From contig NW_024704754.1 in the NCBI RefSeq assembly GCF_018977255.1, forward strand, positions 14,012,001 through 14,076,000: a stretch of 64,000 bases of DNA, in the 5' to 3' direction. Made by a program: the position numbers and the translations under genes. Below, one piece after another: positions 47,501-60,227 of this stretch. The notes below the pieces were generated by a model that saw nothing but the letters and a program-made list of their open reading frames with translations, was not told the origin of the DNA and searched no databases. How positions within the stretch are numbered: position 1 is the first letter of the stretch; every line of letters starts with the position of its first letter. The stretch is from Callorhinchus milii. Lineage: Eukaryota.

Positions 47501-50500
47501 TCCATATTGTCAATATCTGTTATATAATGTCATGAAACTCTATTCCAAATATAAGGATTATTATTTATAATAATAATTCTTGCATTTTTTGATATAGCGC
47601 CTTATCATGTTTATGAGCCGTCTCAAAGCACCTCACAGAATATACTGTAAAGTGAATTGACTATATTTTGTGGGCGAATCGCGGCAGCCAATTGTGAACA
47701 GTAGTGCCCATACAAAGCACAGACCCTGTTTTCTGGGTTGGGTGGGGGAGACCAAGACAGTGCAGTAGATTTATCAATCATTCATTGATAACAGACAAAC
47801 ATATTAACAGAGTTATCAACACTGGACACTTCAAACATCAGTCAGTTATTTACTCTAAACTGCTTTCAGATAATAATAATAATAATAATAATAAGTGGAA
47901 TTAATACTGTCTCAATATGGGGTTGAACTCAGAATTTTATAACGTAACCAACTAATCCAAGCTGCCACCTTGGTTGAGCAGAATTGAAGTGCAGTCTGGG
48001 TATGTATGGGTTTCATCAGATATTGCACTGGGATCTGTAACATTGACACAGAAGAGGACTTACCTTGGTTTAGTTGTTTTATGCAGCACACTAGCACCAC
48101 AGTCAAGAGAAGGATGAAGACGACAATAACTCCGACTCCAATATATATTAATAGCCATATTGCTGACCAACCTGCCAACATAAAGATTCAAATAGTTCTG
48201 ATCAACGCAATTATATCAAAGCTGTTTAGCAATAAGATTCTAAGGATTATTATTATTATGTATTTACAGATTAATATGAGACAACACTGTATTAACACAA
48301 TCCTCCAACAGTGACAGTGACCTCTATCAGGTCACTAATTATGCACTTTCCATGTGAGGCACAAGAAGTGCCACTGATGTCATTTCTTTTGGGAACTGTC
48401 ATCAATGGTACTTGTTGCACAAAGTGCACAGGAATTATTTCTGATCGTCCCGGTGTCTGACATATGTGGAAACCCATATCCATGTTTAGTATCTGACCCA
48501 AATGAGAGACCTGCATATGTATGCCTCCTACACATGGACATTTCCTGGTATCTGGAATGGGATATGCACTATTAGAAGGGAGAAGGAAGTGTCACTCCAA
48601 TAATCTTCCAAATAAATTGATTGTTCACCACATGGGCACCTGATGGGAACTTGATAGGCACAAAATGGCCACTGCGTTTGCCTATAAAAGCAATTACTAG
48701 ATTTGACAAGAAATGTGAACTTGAATAACAATATGGAATCCAGGGACAAGATGGCTAACAATTCAACCAAGATGACACCTGGAGACAAAGAGTAAGGATG
48801 CGTACTGAGTTGGGGGAGGGAGAATTTTAGAAACATTAGACTGAAGAATTCACTGGGAATGATAACTGTAGACAAGTCTTCATTTTGAGCAGGTTAGCAA
48901 ACGATAGTGATCTATTGATATAGCCCATGACCAGTTAAATTCAGTATGATGTACAGATCCAATTTGCAGATTTCTTAACAGAAATTGTTTGTAGAGAACC
49001 TCAGGTTTGTAAATGAAGATACCTTTCAGTAATTGGAAATAAGGAACAGAAACTCATGGGAACTCCATTTGGATCCATTTCCAGAGTGGTTTTCACTGGT
49101 CATTGAAAATTCTAACAGGATTTCTTAATATGGAATCCTATTAGAAATTAGACAGCAGTGAAACTAAAATATAGTGAGGTATGTTGTCACAATTCTTTCA
49201 GATCCTCAAGGTGAGCCTACCTTAACTATGCCACTGAATGACCTACACAATTTTTGCTGACCTCCAATTAAACTGATTAATAAATAACTCAGTTACTTCT
49301 CTGTTTTGACTTTGAGCAACTTTCCCTTGAATACACACGACCATATGAATTCTCAGCTCGACATGAAACACAAAAGATTTCTAATCTTTAATTTCCAGGC
49401 TGTTCGTAGACTTATTTTTATGGATTTGGGAAGTTATGGAGTCAGTTAGATTCCAAATGATGGTTGCTGGAGGGTTGGCGTGTGTGACACACTTGTAATT
49501 CAGCCCATTTTGACTTATGTTAATTTCACTGGGTCCATCTGTAAGGGGAAAATAACAAACATTCAAATCACATTTTTCCCTCTTCCGCTGATTTTCAGCC
49601 TTTTCCCTCGTCTCCTTAGACCAGAAATCTGCTTAACTGCCGGTTAACCCCAAACAAGGGAAAAATTGAAAAAAACTCTTGGCCCCGATTCATTTGTACA
49701 CTTACCTGCATTAAATATGTCAGTTAATTGATCGCCATCCCATCCCTTCCAATGGGAACGGAAATGGGAGGGAGGAAGTGCTGCTCCTCTGCTGGGCAGG
49801 AAGGTAATTTGCAGCCAAACAAAGTTAATATAATTCACTGAGTTCTGTGAGAGTCCAGGATTGTAACATAAACTCCCAGATTTAAATAATTGATGTCCTG
49901 TTTGGTTAATTAAGATTGTATTTTGGTTAATCTCGGACGCCTCTTAGGCCGGACAAAACGGCCATCCCCGATATGTCTGACTGAACCGTCTCCCACTGTA
50001 TACATCAAGAGCGAGAAGAGCTCTCACTCTAACGTGGTATAATCCACTCAGGAGCCGTTAAAGCCAAATACTCACACTTGACATTGATGTCAGCTGCAGA
50101 GGTGTCATTTCCCTGTGAATTATTTACCACACTGGATATTGATTTCAACAAGACGCTGCCTGTACTGTTCAGAGTTTGTGTTGTGTTTGTGTGTCTTTTT
50201 GTCTTGTACCAGGTGTGAGTAGCTTGAGGGTAGCTGTCAGTGCTGTACGTCAGCGTCACATTTTCTCTCCCCTCAATGATATCCAGAGGTTCATTTATTT
50301 GAATTGTTGTATTTCGGGGGGGATCTGAAATGGGAGAGAATTGTAAATCAGTACTGTATAATCTAGGGAGGAGCTCGTCAATGACACTGTGTCAAGGTCA
50401 CAATCCCAATCTCACTCCCTTCTCTACCTCAATCCTCCACGAGTATATCGCAGCTCCAGTAACAACCCAGAGCTTGCAGGCTTGTGATAGAGATGCGGAG

Positions 50501-53500
50501 ACACATGGAGGAGCTCATCTCCTGAAGGCATAAGGTAAAGGGAGCAGTGATTATGAACACTCCCAGACAAATTCTGACAATCACGTTGCAATTGCCCTTC
50601 ATAATGCAAAACCTCAATCCTATTGTTCTTTCCAGGAGTAATAATTTCTTTGGAAAATAATAATAATTTGGCCACTCAATCCACGACCTTTTGTGGGACA
50701 CTCCTGTACGCAATTGGCTGCCGCTATTCGGCCACGAAATACAGTCAATCCACTTTACAGTATATGTTCTGTGAAGCTCTTTGAAACGTCTCAACAACGT
50801 GCTGAGGCTCTATATCAAATGCAAGGATTATTATTTTCTATATTCTACGATTTGGTTAATCCAAAAGTATTGTTTGGGCTTTACTTTTTCAATCTGATTT
50901 AACATTTGATACACCTGTTTAAAGTCCTCTATGAGGTATTTTTTCTCAGGACTGAAGAGCCTTAATTTAACCTATTCATTGTTCATAGTTCAATCCTCCA
51001 ACACTGGAGGTTATCAGTGAACTCCAGCCATTCACCAGCGGCTGGAGTTGGGCTGTCGATCAGTGAGGAGGTGGAGGAATGGGGAAGGATAAGGGAGGGA
51101 AATTGCGATTGATGGCAGTCGGCAGCCGGTTAACCCCAAACAATGGGAAAATTTAAAAAAACTCTTGGTCCCGATTCATTTGTACACTTATCTGCATTAA
51201 ATATGTCGGTTAATTGATTGCCTTCCCTTCCCTTCCAATGGGAACGGCAATGGGAGGGAGGAAGTGCTGCTCCTCTACTGGGCAGGAAGGTAATTTGCAG
51301 CCAAACAAAGTTCATGCAAAGTTTGCTGCATATTTTGGTGTTCTCCATAGAAAATACCTCCAGGAAGTAGTTTTTAATATGTTTCCTTTCACCTGTTCAT
51401 TCTCTTTGAGTTAATCTATTGCTGGTTGGAAGTTTTGAGACTTCGGGATAAAGTTTAGGATTTTATATAAGTTTGGGTTTAAGGCTAACTTGCCTTAGTG
51501 AAAATGACCATCAAATGGCAGCACATCCCTCAAAGAAAATGGGCTCCTTTTTCAGACAAAATCATCACCATCTTTGATTGCATTTTGAAATCTGCACGTC
51601 AACATTTTGGAATCCCGAAAATGGTTTCAAACTTGTTTTTGTTATATAAAAACACGCACAAGTTGGATAAAATCTGTGTTCTCCCTGTCTAAAAATGAAC
51701 ATTTTACTTATTGGGTAGCCTAATTTTGAGGCCCCCATGACCTACATAACCTACCCATTAGCAAGACAAACATCAAATCAAATACTTTGTTCCATGATAG
51801 AAATTCCTTTAACACACCTGTCTTGGTACAGACACTGTTGGGGGTGACATTATATTAGGGGATTGCTTAGGCCCAGAGTTAGTTCAAGAGAGAGAAATGA
51901 TTTGATCTCACATGATTGGTGTGGACGATACAGGTTGTTTGGCCCATCTGATCTGATTCTTCCAGAACCCTCACCCTACCATTCTCCTCATCACTGCATC
52001 AAGTAGCTTTTTAAAAGAGTCCCGTATCCTGGCCTCTACCACCTTTCCTGTCATTGATTATTCTCTGCGTGAAGAAAATCTTCCTGGTATGTCTCCTGTC
52101 ATGTCCCTTTTATAATCCTAAATCCTCTTGTTTTATTGTCTTGATACATTCTAAAATATTGATCTGGGTTTACTTTCTCAATCCATTGAAAAATATGTAG
52201 TCTCTGATTCGCTTTCCCTCAAGACTGAAGAACCACAGCTTGTCTAATAGCTCATTCCTCTATCGCTTGGGAATCAAGCTCATTGCTCACCTCTGCTCTG
52301 TCTCTAAGGCCCAGACAGTTCTGTCGCGTTGACAAGAACTCTACACAGTATTCAATGAGCGGCCTGACCAGAGCCTATTCAGCCTCAGTAAACTTCTGAG
52401 GATCTCAACTGATTTTGTAATGAAGCCCAACATCCTGTTGGCCTTGTTTATTGCTGCCTTACACTGATTTGGCAGTGAATAACGCTCCTATATCACTTTC
52501 AGCTTCCCCCTGGGCAAGTTCAGTCCCTCCAGCTTCAGAGAGTTGAGTTATCAGAAGGGACTTGAAAGCAAAATGTTGCTGCCCTGTATCCCTGAGGGTG
52601 TGGAGCCAATATAGGCAATTGGGCAAAGACAGGTCGGGTGGTAGAATGGAACCAGTACAAAAGCTCTTGACAACTTTCTGTGCAGTTTAGGATCATTTGA
52701 ATGCTGCTTCAGTATGGGGAACTTACATTTGACCTGAAGCGTTATGTTGCTTTGTTTCGAGCATTGGTATTTGGCACAACTGACCACACATTTGATCAGC
52801 TTGAGATGATGTTGGTATGAGGGAATAAAAGTGAATGAACTGGTGATTATCCGGTCAGATAAAGACTGTTTCTTCTTGTTCACGGTCTTCTGATCTGTCA
52901 GCTCAGTGATTCCTTCCCAGGTCAGCTTGGGTTTGACCTGTGTTACAACGTTAGACGAAGTACACGTTAAAGTGGTGCTGATCCCTTCAGCCACTTCACT
53001 TGGGAAAACAGTGGGGTTGCCAGGACGATCTGACAAAAGGAAAGAGAAATAAACAATGTTCTGAAATGTCACCTCATCAAATCGACAACGGTAAATACTG
53101 CAAACTTGTCAGTTTGCTGTTTTTTCAAATAGGTAACAAGAAGAGAGAAGGAATATTTACCGTATACATCGACACTGATGGATGGTTTTCCGGTCCATAT
53201 AACGAAATTCATTATTTCAAACCTGAAGCAGTAATGACCAGTATCAGTTTTCCTGAGGTCACTTATCTCAATTGAGCAGTTTTTCTTTGTCAGGTTTCCT
53301 GTTAATTTTATTCTGTTGTTGCTTTCGTTGCTTTCATATATCTTCTCTGCTCTATCATTGCATGGATTACCTTTGAACCATTGGCCCCATATAGTATATG
53401 GTTTATTCGGTGGGTCAGGGTGACTGAAAAAACAATCCAGAATTACAGACTCTCCCTCCAGCCCAGAAGTGGACTTGGGAAGCGTAACACTCCATTGATG

Positions 53501-55156
53501 GGCAGAACCTGTGGGTGAGAAATCAGACTGACTGACTTACTGTGTGTGACTCTGGTACTGGTTGACTGGGGAATACCTGTCAGTGGGGTCTCTCTGCCCC
53601 GTCCCCTTCATTGGGAAGATTGGGAAACATTAATGTCCTCGTCTAACACATGTAATATGTATACTTACACTAAATGTATTTAAGATGTCAGAAGCCTGAC
53701 ATTCCACCCCATCTTAGCCTGTGAGACCCTCAACTTAATATTGTAGTGCAAACCTCCCCCCCACCACCCCCCAGTCAGGCAGAAACAGCCGCTCATGTAG
53801 ATTCTCACTATAACACAGCTTTAATCAGGGGGGGTGGTGGGGGGAGGAAGAATCTGGAACAGCAACACAACATTTGCTGAGGTGTGCAGACACTTGGGCA
53901 CATGGGCAGAACCTGACACCCCTCTTATAATACCCCCTCCCCCACCGGCTCTAACCATCAAACCATGGAGTCAGTCCAGCCCCAGTCAGAGGGATGGGGG
54001 GGGGTTCATCACCTCTTTAAAAAAGCTCAGGTTCCCTCCCCAGTTTCCTCCTGAGATCCTAGTGTCCACTACAATTGTCCAGCTGTGATGTGTGGCCCAC
54101 AGGGAAGCTCACAGGGAGTTCCTGGTACCTACCATCCACCCAGTGATGGCAAAAACCCACTCTTGTCGGATGTCGAACGACCAATTAGTGATTATTCTCC
54201 TTGTGGGGAAGGTAAACAGTGTCTTTTTGGAGCTGAACTTGCTCCAAGTTGACATGTTTGCCAACATAATGTTAACGGGTAGGGTGGCCCTGGCCAGACA
54301 ACGATATCAATGAGAAACTTTGTGGTTTTAGCTGCTGAGACTGCAGCAGTATCTCAGTGCACATTCTGGGGTCCCCAAGCCTTGGCTCTTGCCAACCTGC
54401 AACTAAAACCTTCTAGAATTAGGTAAGCAGGATGCATCCCTGCAGAGAGATAACGACAACGACAAAATTACATTTGTATAGCGCCCTTCACATCCCAAGG
54501 AGCTGGACAGACAGAGTTACGTACCCGACTGAGGGTCGAGGTGAGGAAGGGCAGTGGGGGGAGCAGGGAGATTGATAGAGGAGGGTCTTGAGGTGAGTTT
54601 TGAAGGTGGCGAGGGAGGGCTTTGAAGGTAAGGACCAGGATCTTGAACTGTATCCTCTGTGTCATGGGAAGCAAGTGGAGTTGGGCAAGGATGGGCGTGA
54701 TAGGGTCGTGGAGCCTAGTGCGGGAGAGGACACGGGCTGCAGAGTTCTGGATGAGCTGCAGCCTGTGGAGGGAGGAGTTGGGGAGGCTGACAAGCAGCGA
54801 GTTTGCGTAGTCGAGCCTCGATGTAATGAAGATGTATGATATGTATGATAGATAGTATGCATTCCATTCCAACAATCTATCTCTGGGATTTCCACATGTA
54901 GGTGGGGTGCATGGAAATTCAATTTGATTTGGATACTCTTCAGCATAATGATGGATCAGATATTCTGCAAGTGTCTGACTTGTGGAGAGTGGACGGACGG
55001 TCTCGAGGATTTGCTTGGAAATGGAAACAGAACGTTAATAGTTATGTTTAAAAATCTATCTAAACAACATGGGTTAATGGTGGTAAAGGGTGAAACAGCC
55101 TTACCCTGGATGAGACACGCGAGCAGCAGTGCCAGCATGCAGTGACAGACACTCAT
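44322..55156 (-). CDS. Siglec/CD22-like receptor B, inverted paralog of A (about 440 aa if the damaged exon is skipped; otherwise truncated or a pseudogene)
   Basis: Exons on minus: 55156-55105 signal, 53508-53161 V, 53029-52727 C2, 50324-50076 Cys-less repeat exon, 49538-about 49297 damaged Ig exon, 48171-48064 TM, 46975-46914 cytoplasmic, 44522-44322 terminal (LVYASI, NIYSNL). All exons except the damaged one are open with GT-AG sites. Confidence 0.7.
45214..45838 (-). mobile_element. Tc1/mariner (pogo/Tigger-like) non-autonomous MITE, about 625 bp
   Basis: TA-flanked ends TA|GAGTGGAA.. and ..TTCCACTG|TA, subterminal gttaatccggac repeats and no ORF. Partial copies occur at 16440-16847, 18910-19270 and in each C2 unit. 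Confidence 0.7.
47125..47420 (-). mobile_element. tRNA-derived SINE, same family
   Basis: Matches 24741-25096 with internal deletions. Confidence 0.75.
48064..48171 (-). CDS. Receptor B transmembrane exon
   Basis: 108 nt. [35 protein letters not shown], uncharged. Confidence 0.8.
49297..49538 (-). pseudogene. Receptor B membrane-proximal Ig exon, frameshifted and with altered donor
   Basis: A 1-nt deletion relative to A gives ..SLEIKD-TAG (stop at 49381-49383). The donor A|gtaagt has become Agaagt. Confidence 0.75.
50076..50324 (-). CDS. Receptor B degenerate repeat exon lacking both Ig cysteines
   Basis: 249 nt (276 minus 27), frame kept, splice sites intact. Confidence 0.75.
52727..53029 (-). 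CDS. Receptor B C2 exon (D2)
   Basis: 303 nt, open, with 4 amino-acid differences from A. Confidence 0.88.
53161..53508 (-). CDS. Receptor B V-set exon
   Basis: 348 nt, open. ..[25 protein letters not shown], with the essential Arg retained. Confidence 0.88.
54455..54835 (-). mobile_element. L2 3' fragment, present in arm B only
   Basis: [43 protein letters not shown] with tail. It splits an older repeat that is uninterrupted in A at about 1130-1320. Confidence 0.85.
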
Positions 55157-55235
55157 TGTGTGGATCACAGCCTGGAGAGAACGTGGAGAGAGGAGCAGAG
55201 AACAATCAGACACATTGATACCTGCACAATGAGCC

Positions 55236-55367
55236 NNNNNNNNNNNNNNNNNNNNNNNNNNNNNNNNNNNNNNNNNNNNNNNNNNNNNNNNNNNNNNNNN
55301 NNNNNNNNNNNNNNNNNNNNNNNNNNNNNNNNNNNNNNNNNNNNNNNNNNNNNNNNNNNNNNNNNNN
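55236..55367. other. Assembly gap (132 N) just upstream of the receptor B signal exon
   Basis: Run of N. Confidence 1.
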
Positions 55368-55866
55368 TCTCCTACATCTGTGGGCTGAGACACCAGACAT
55401 TCATAGTCTTCTCGCACATTAACTCAGCTCAGGATTATAATAAATTGTGTGTGGAGGGAGTGATTGAAATTATTTTCCCCATTTTCTCATGCTCTCTCAC
55501 CCTAAGTGGTAATACAGATTCAGCTGGTTGAACTCTAAACGTATCCTTGTGCACGCTCTAGAGTCCCAAAGCCTTGTCTCTTTCCATTCTGCTCCTAAAA
55601 CTCTTCAGATTTAGGTAAGGACGGAGATACTTTTGGGGTATGTCGTTTCACAGGGGAATTTCCACGTGTACACAACATGCAAAGGAACTTGCAGTCTGGT
55701 TTGAATACTCTTAATAACTATGGTGAAGGGTTTCTACATTTGTCAAACACTCAACTGATGAAAAAAATTGTTAATTTCAAAGTTAGCTTCCCTCTGGTGA
55801 TATCTCACCCTTGTGACCATTCTGGTCTTGTCACCACCGGAAGTTTAATTTAAGCATTAGACGTTT

Positions 55867-56165
55867 GGGTCCTGCAGCTCAGTGGTTGGAGCACTTCTCT
55901 CACAAGCAAGAGATGTGGGTGCGATTCCTGGCAGGGCAAAATGTTGGGCAAGTTTCCATATTCCACAAGTCTCTGTTTACCGTGCAGTAAGTAGGAACCC
56001 GGTTGCTAGTTGATTGGCGGATGACTTTTCTGGGGGTAATAATACATTAAAAAAATAATTTGGTCAGTCAATTCACGACAGTCAATTTAGTTTACCGTAT
56101 ATTGTATGAAGACGTGATTAGACCCCATATCAAATTTAAGGATATAATATTAATATTATGATTAT
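55867..56165 (+). mobile_element. tRNA-derived SINE, same family
   Basis: cctgcagctcagtggttggagcact head plus body. Confidence 0.8.
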
Positions 56166-58999
56166 CCCATTGGAATTGACAAGTGCTTCCTTAGAAGTAA
56201 ATTGGGTTGGGGTTTGTTTCCTGTGGATCACATTGATATACTTCAAGTTACCGAAATGAGTCCTTATTGGGAAATTCCATGAGGAACAACCACAAACTGG
56301 AGCCTAGTGGATCCCAGCTGATTTTCCCATCCCTAAATCAGGAACACTCAGGCCAGTTGCAGAGCTCCTGCTACCACTCAGCAGAGATCAGCACAGTTTG
56401 TGGACTCAGCACAGTGAGGGACTCGCCACAGCGACCACGCTTTTCCTTTCAGCTAACCACCTGTCCAACAACCCACCCCGCACTCTCACTGGATTATCCT
56501 ACAGATAGGTGGTCCTGCCACCAGCCCCTGTTGCTTCTTCTGATTTCTCCCTTTCACCTCCCGCCCGGGATTTCTCCCAACTTTCCCAGAGCCGAGCCCT
56601 CGCTCTGCCACGCCAGCTACCGGGAGCAGGGCACGAGCAATCGCTGAGTGAAACCGCCTTCAAATCCGGGACTTTAGTCTCAATGTCGTGATAAGGCGCA
56701 ATATCAAATGCAAGGATTATTATTATTTACTGGGTCTACGGGTAACAAGTTCCTGAGTAGGGTAACCAGGATGATTACCAGCTGATGTGAAAGCTTGATC
56801 ACAGAAAACACAGTGAAGTATTCAAGGTCATTAACATAACAAACAACGAGAAAGGGGTGGAAAAAATACTGAAAAATACTGAAAGCTGTTCAAAAGAAAA
56901 GAGGAAGAAAATACAAAGAGAGGGTAGGACGGGTTGATAGATGATGGGCCAATGTGAGCAGGTACTTAGTGTAGATACTTGAACTGCCCACATTCAAAAC
57001 CTGCCTCAAGGTCGACATCTGCTTTCAGTCATCTTTCCCCTCCCACCCTCTTCAGCTCCCACCCTCTTCAGCTCCCACCCCCAGCTCGGGTGCCCAGCCA
57101 GAATTGAAAGGCACTCTGTAAATGTAAACTGTATTGTCTATTGGTTTCCAATATAAAATTGACTTCCAAGTAAAAACTACTCAGGAGGTGAACACCTTAT
57201 TATTCGCCCACAGAAATATAGTCAATTCACATTACACATATATTGTTTGAAGCGCTTTGAGACGTCTAGAAGACATGAAAAGAGCTATATCAAATGCAAG
57301 GTTTATTATTATTACATTGCTTCAAAAACATCCCTGTTAAAGTTTGAGACATTCAAGACTGATTCATTGCACAACACACAGTGCTTTGTGTGTGACAAAC
57401 TGATGTTGAAATTCTGGGTTTCAAAGTCAGAATTTCAACTATTGGTTGTGTCCACAACAAATAATCTGCACAATCTTATTAAAGTGAAGGGAAATGTGCA
57501 CACCCTTGTTAAAGGGAGGTGACCCCTAAAGTTCCGGCCGCAAAGCAGCCATTTGGTGTTAAGAAATTGATACTTCATGTTTTGCACATTGGGGATCAGA
57601 GATGTGTATGTGTAGCAGTAAGTAGGAATCCGGTTGTTAGTCGATTGACGGATCACTTTTCCAGGTGTAATAATCCTTCAAAAATATGTTAATTTGTGGT
57701 TCAATCCACGACTGTTTGTGGGATAATGCTGTGTGCAATTGGCTGTTGGGTATCGCCCACAAATTATACAGTCAATTCACTTGTCAGTAGAGCATATTCT
57801 GTGAAGCGCTTTGAGACATCTCAAACACGTGATAGTGCGCAATATCAAATACAAGGATAATTATTATTATTATTATCCCATTAGAATTCACAAATGCTTC
57901 GTCAATCACATTGATATACATCAGATTACCGAAATGAGTCCTCATTGGGGAATTCCATGAGGAATAACCACAAAGTAGATGTTCAAACTCTGGGAACACA
58001 AGTCAGAATTTCACAGAATTGGCTATTTGTTGTGTCCACAACAAATAATCTGCACAATCTTGTTAGTAACAGGAAATATGCACAACATTGTTAAAGGGAA
58101 GTAAAGCCTAAAGTTCCTGCCGCAAAGCAGACACTTGGTATCAGAATATTAATACTTCAGTTTTGTACAATGGGGATGAAAGATGTGTATATTGTTTTTT
58201 TTAAAAAGATTATATTTTTCAATATAAAGCAAACATTACATTTTTAATTTCCTCCCATTTCCCCATTCTCTTCCTTCTCATTGTACACCATTTCTCTGTG
58301 ACTTCACAACCAAGTGATTATTATTCACATGTATTTTCATAGAGGTTTATGATAGAATTGATAGGGAGAAACGGTTTCCACTGGCTGGTGGGTCAGTAAC
58401 CAGGACACATAGATTTAAGATAATAAGACTAGAAAAGGAATTTTTTGCAGGGGTGTGGGGAAAGAGCGGGAAATGGGAATGATTGGGTAGCTCTTCCAAA
58501 GAGCCGTCACAGGCATGAATGGCTGAATGGCCTCCTTCTGTGTTGTAAGATTCTATGATTCTGAGATGTGAAGCCTGACAGTGAACGTGAGCAGGTTATT
58601 TTTACTGTAGGATGCCACCATAGCTGACTCTGCTATCTAACATCCAGTTGGCATTGCTGCACAGCCATCAGGAGCAGGGATCCTGGCTGATTTTCCCTAA
58701 ACCAGGAACACTCAGGCCAGTTGTTGAGCTCCTGCTATTGCCCACCAGCGATCAGCTAACACAGCACAGGGTGGGGATTCAGCACAAAATGCAGAACAAT
58801 TCACCCTGAAAATCCTTGTATCAACTTACATCAAGACAGGCAAACATTGCAAAGAGACACAGACAGACTAAGAGAGTGGGCAAAGTATGGAAGATGGAGT
58901 TTATCATTCAATATACAATGCAATTTACATTTATACAGCACCTTTCACATTGGGAGGGCAAAGTGCGTGGCACCGCTGGTTGAACAGGTGAGTTAGGGG

Positions 59000-59530
59000 T
59001 GGGAGCCAACTGAGCTGTTCAGCATTTTAGGACATCCTCCTGACACTAAAGAAAGGAATTTGTTCTTGTTGGACAGGGGAGAGATGAGCAAAAGAGGAAG
59101 GATTTCAGATGGAACTTGAACGAGGTGAGAGAGGGAGCAAGTCAGAGGGTCTCTGGGATGGAGTTGCAGACAGCAAGAGCAGAATATCTGAAAGCTAGTC
59201 TACCAAATATAGGGCAGATAGAGCAGGGGACACAAAGCAAGCCCGTGCCTGCTGAGCAAAGGAAGTGGCTGGATCGGTACGGTTGAAAAAGGTCACAGAG
59301 GTGGGGTGGGGCAATACTGTGGAGTGAGTTGAAGGTGAGAATTGGGATCTTGAACTTGATCCACTCTGGATGTGAAGGTAATAGTGCCGATGAGGAGGGT
59401 AATAGGCTCACAGTGCCAAGTAGTGAAAGGATTTGAACAGGAGGGTGAGAATATTGAAGTCGATCCATTCGGAAATGGGGAGCCAGTGGAGCCTGGCCAG
59501 AACTGGTGAGATGTGGGTACAGAGTGTTGA
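59000..59530 (-). mobile_element. Degraded L2 3' fragment
   Basis: WIKFKIPILTFNSLHSIAPPHLCDLF motif. Confidence 0.7.
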
Positions 59531-60227
59531 TATTTGGAGAGGCTTATCCTGACTTCTCCCAGTGTCCTGGCCAACAATCTCCAAACAAAATTGGTCATTC
59601 CTTCATGGTATTTGTAGGTCATTGCTGTACGCAAATTGGTATCATTTGTACACCACTTCATCTCTGAAACTGCTTAATCGATTGCTTCACCAAATAGATA
59701 TCCAATTCCCTCCTGAAATTGCTTGTACAATCTGCCTCCCTGACTCAGACATTCCACATATTTACCACTCTCTGAGTAAAACAGAAACTCACAGGAGTCT
59801 GTATGTAGGCAGTGCTGCTTTCACTTCACTGAATTCCATTGAAACGTTTTGATGAATTTGGTCACACAGCTAGGAGAACATCAACAGCTTGTATTCAGAT
59901 ATAGTTTGTTTCACACAAAGGAACTTTGCAATCTTTGCAACCTCTGTATAGTGGTTTGTTATCAAAGTAACGATTCTCAAAAATAACCAGTTTTGCAACA
60001 GATTTGGTTTACAATCGATTCACTCTGTTTATGCAGTCCACGAGGAAACATCACATTACTAAGCATCAAAACATATATTCAATCTGAATGCACTATTGTT
60101 TACCATTATACAGTCATTTCACTTTACAGTCTATTCTGTGAAGTACTTCAAGACATCGTTAAGAAATGAAAATGTAATATTAAATGTAAGGAGTATTATT
60201 TTATTATTTACCCCCAGAGCAGGATTA

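Larger units (their letters stand above)
41440..55200 (-). repeat. Inverted segmental duplicate of about 1-23770
   Basis: Exons, introns and 3' flank align in reverse complement, for example 22600-22940 with 42255-42600 and 23250-23770 with 41440-42000. Confidence 0.95.

Noticed and set aside
48064-48171. Receptor B as a DAP12/FcRg-coupled activating partner
   Set aside because: There is no Lys, Arg or Asp in the TM core, and an ITIM is retained.
41440-55200. Arm B as a simple uncollapsed haplotype of A
   Set aside because: Blocks of about 80 percent identity and several arm-specific insertions and deletions exceed allelic divergence. Local errors near the gap remain possible.
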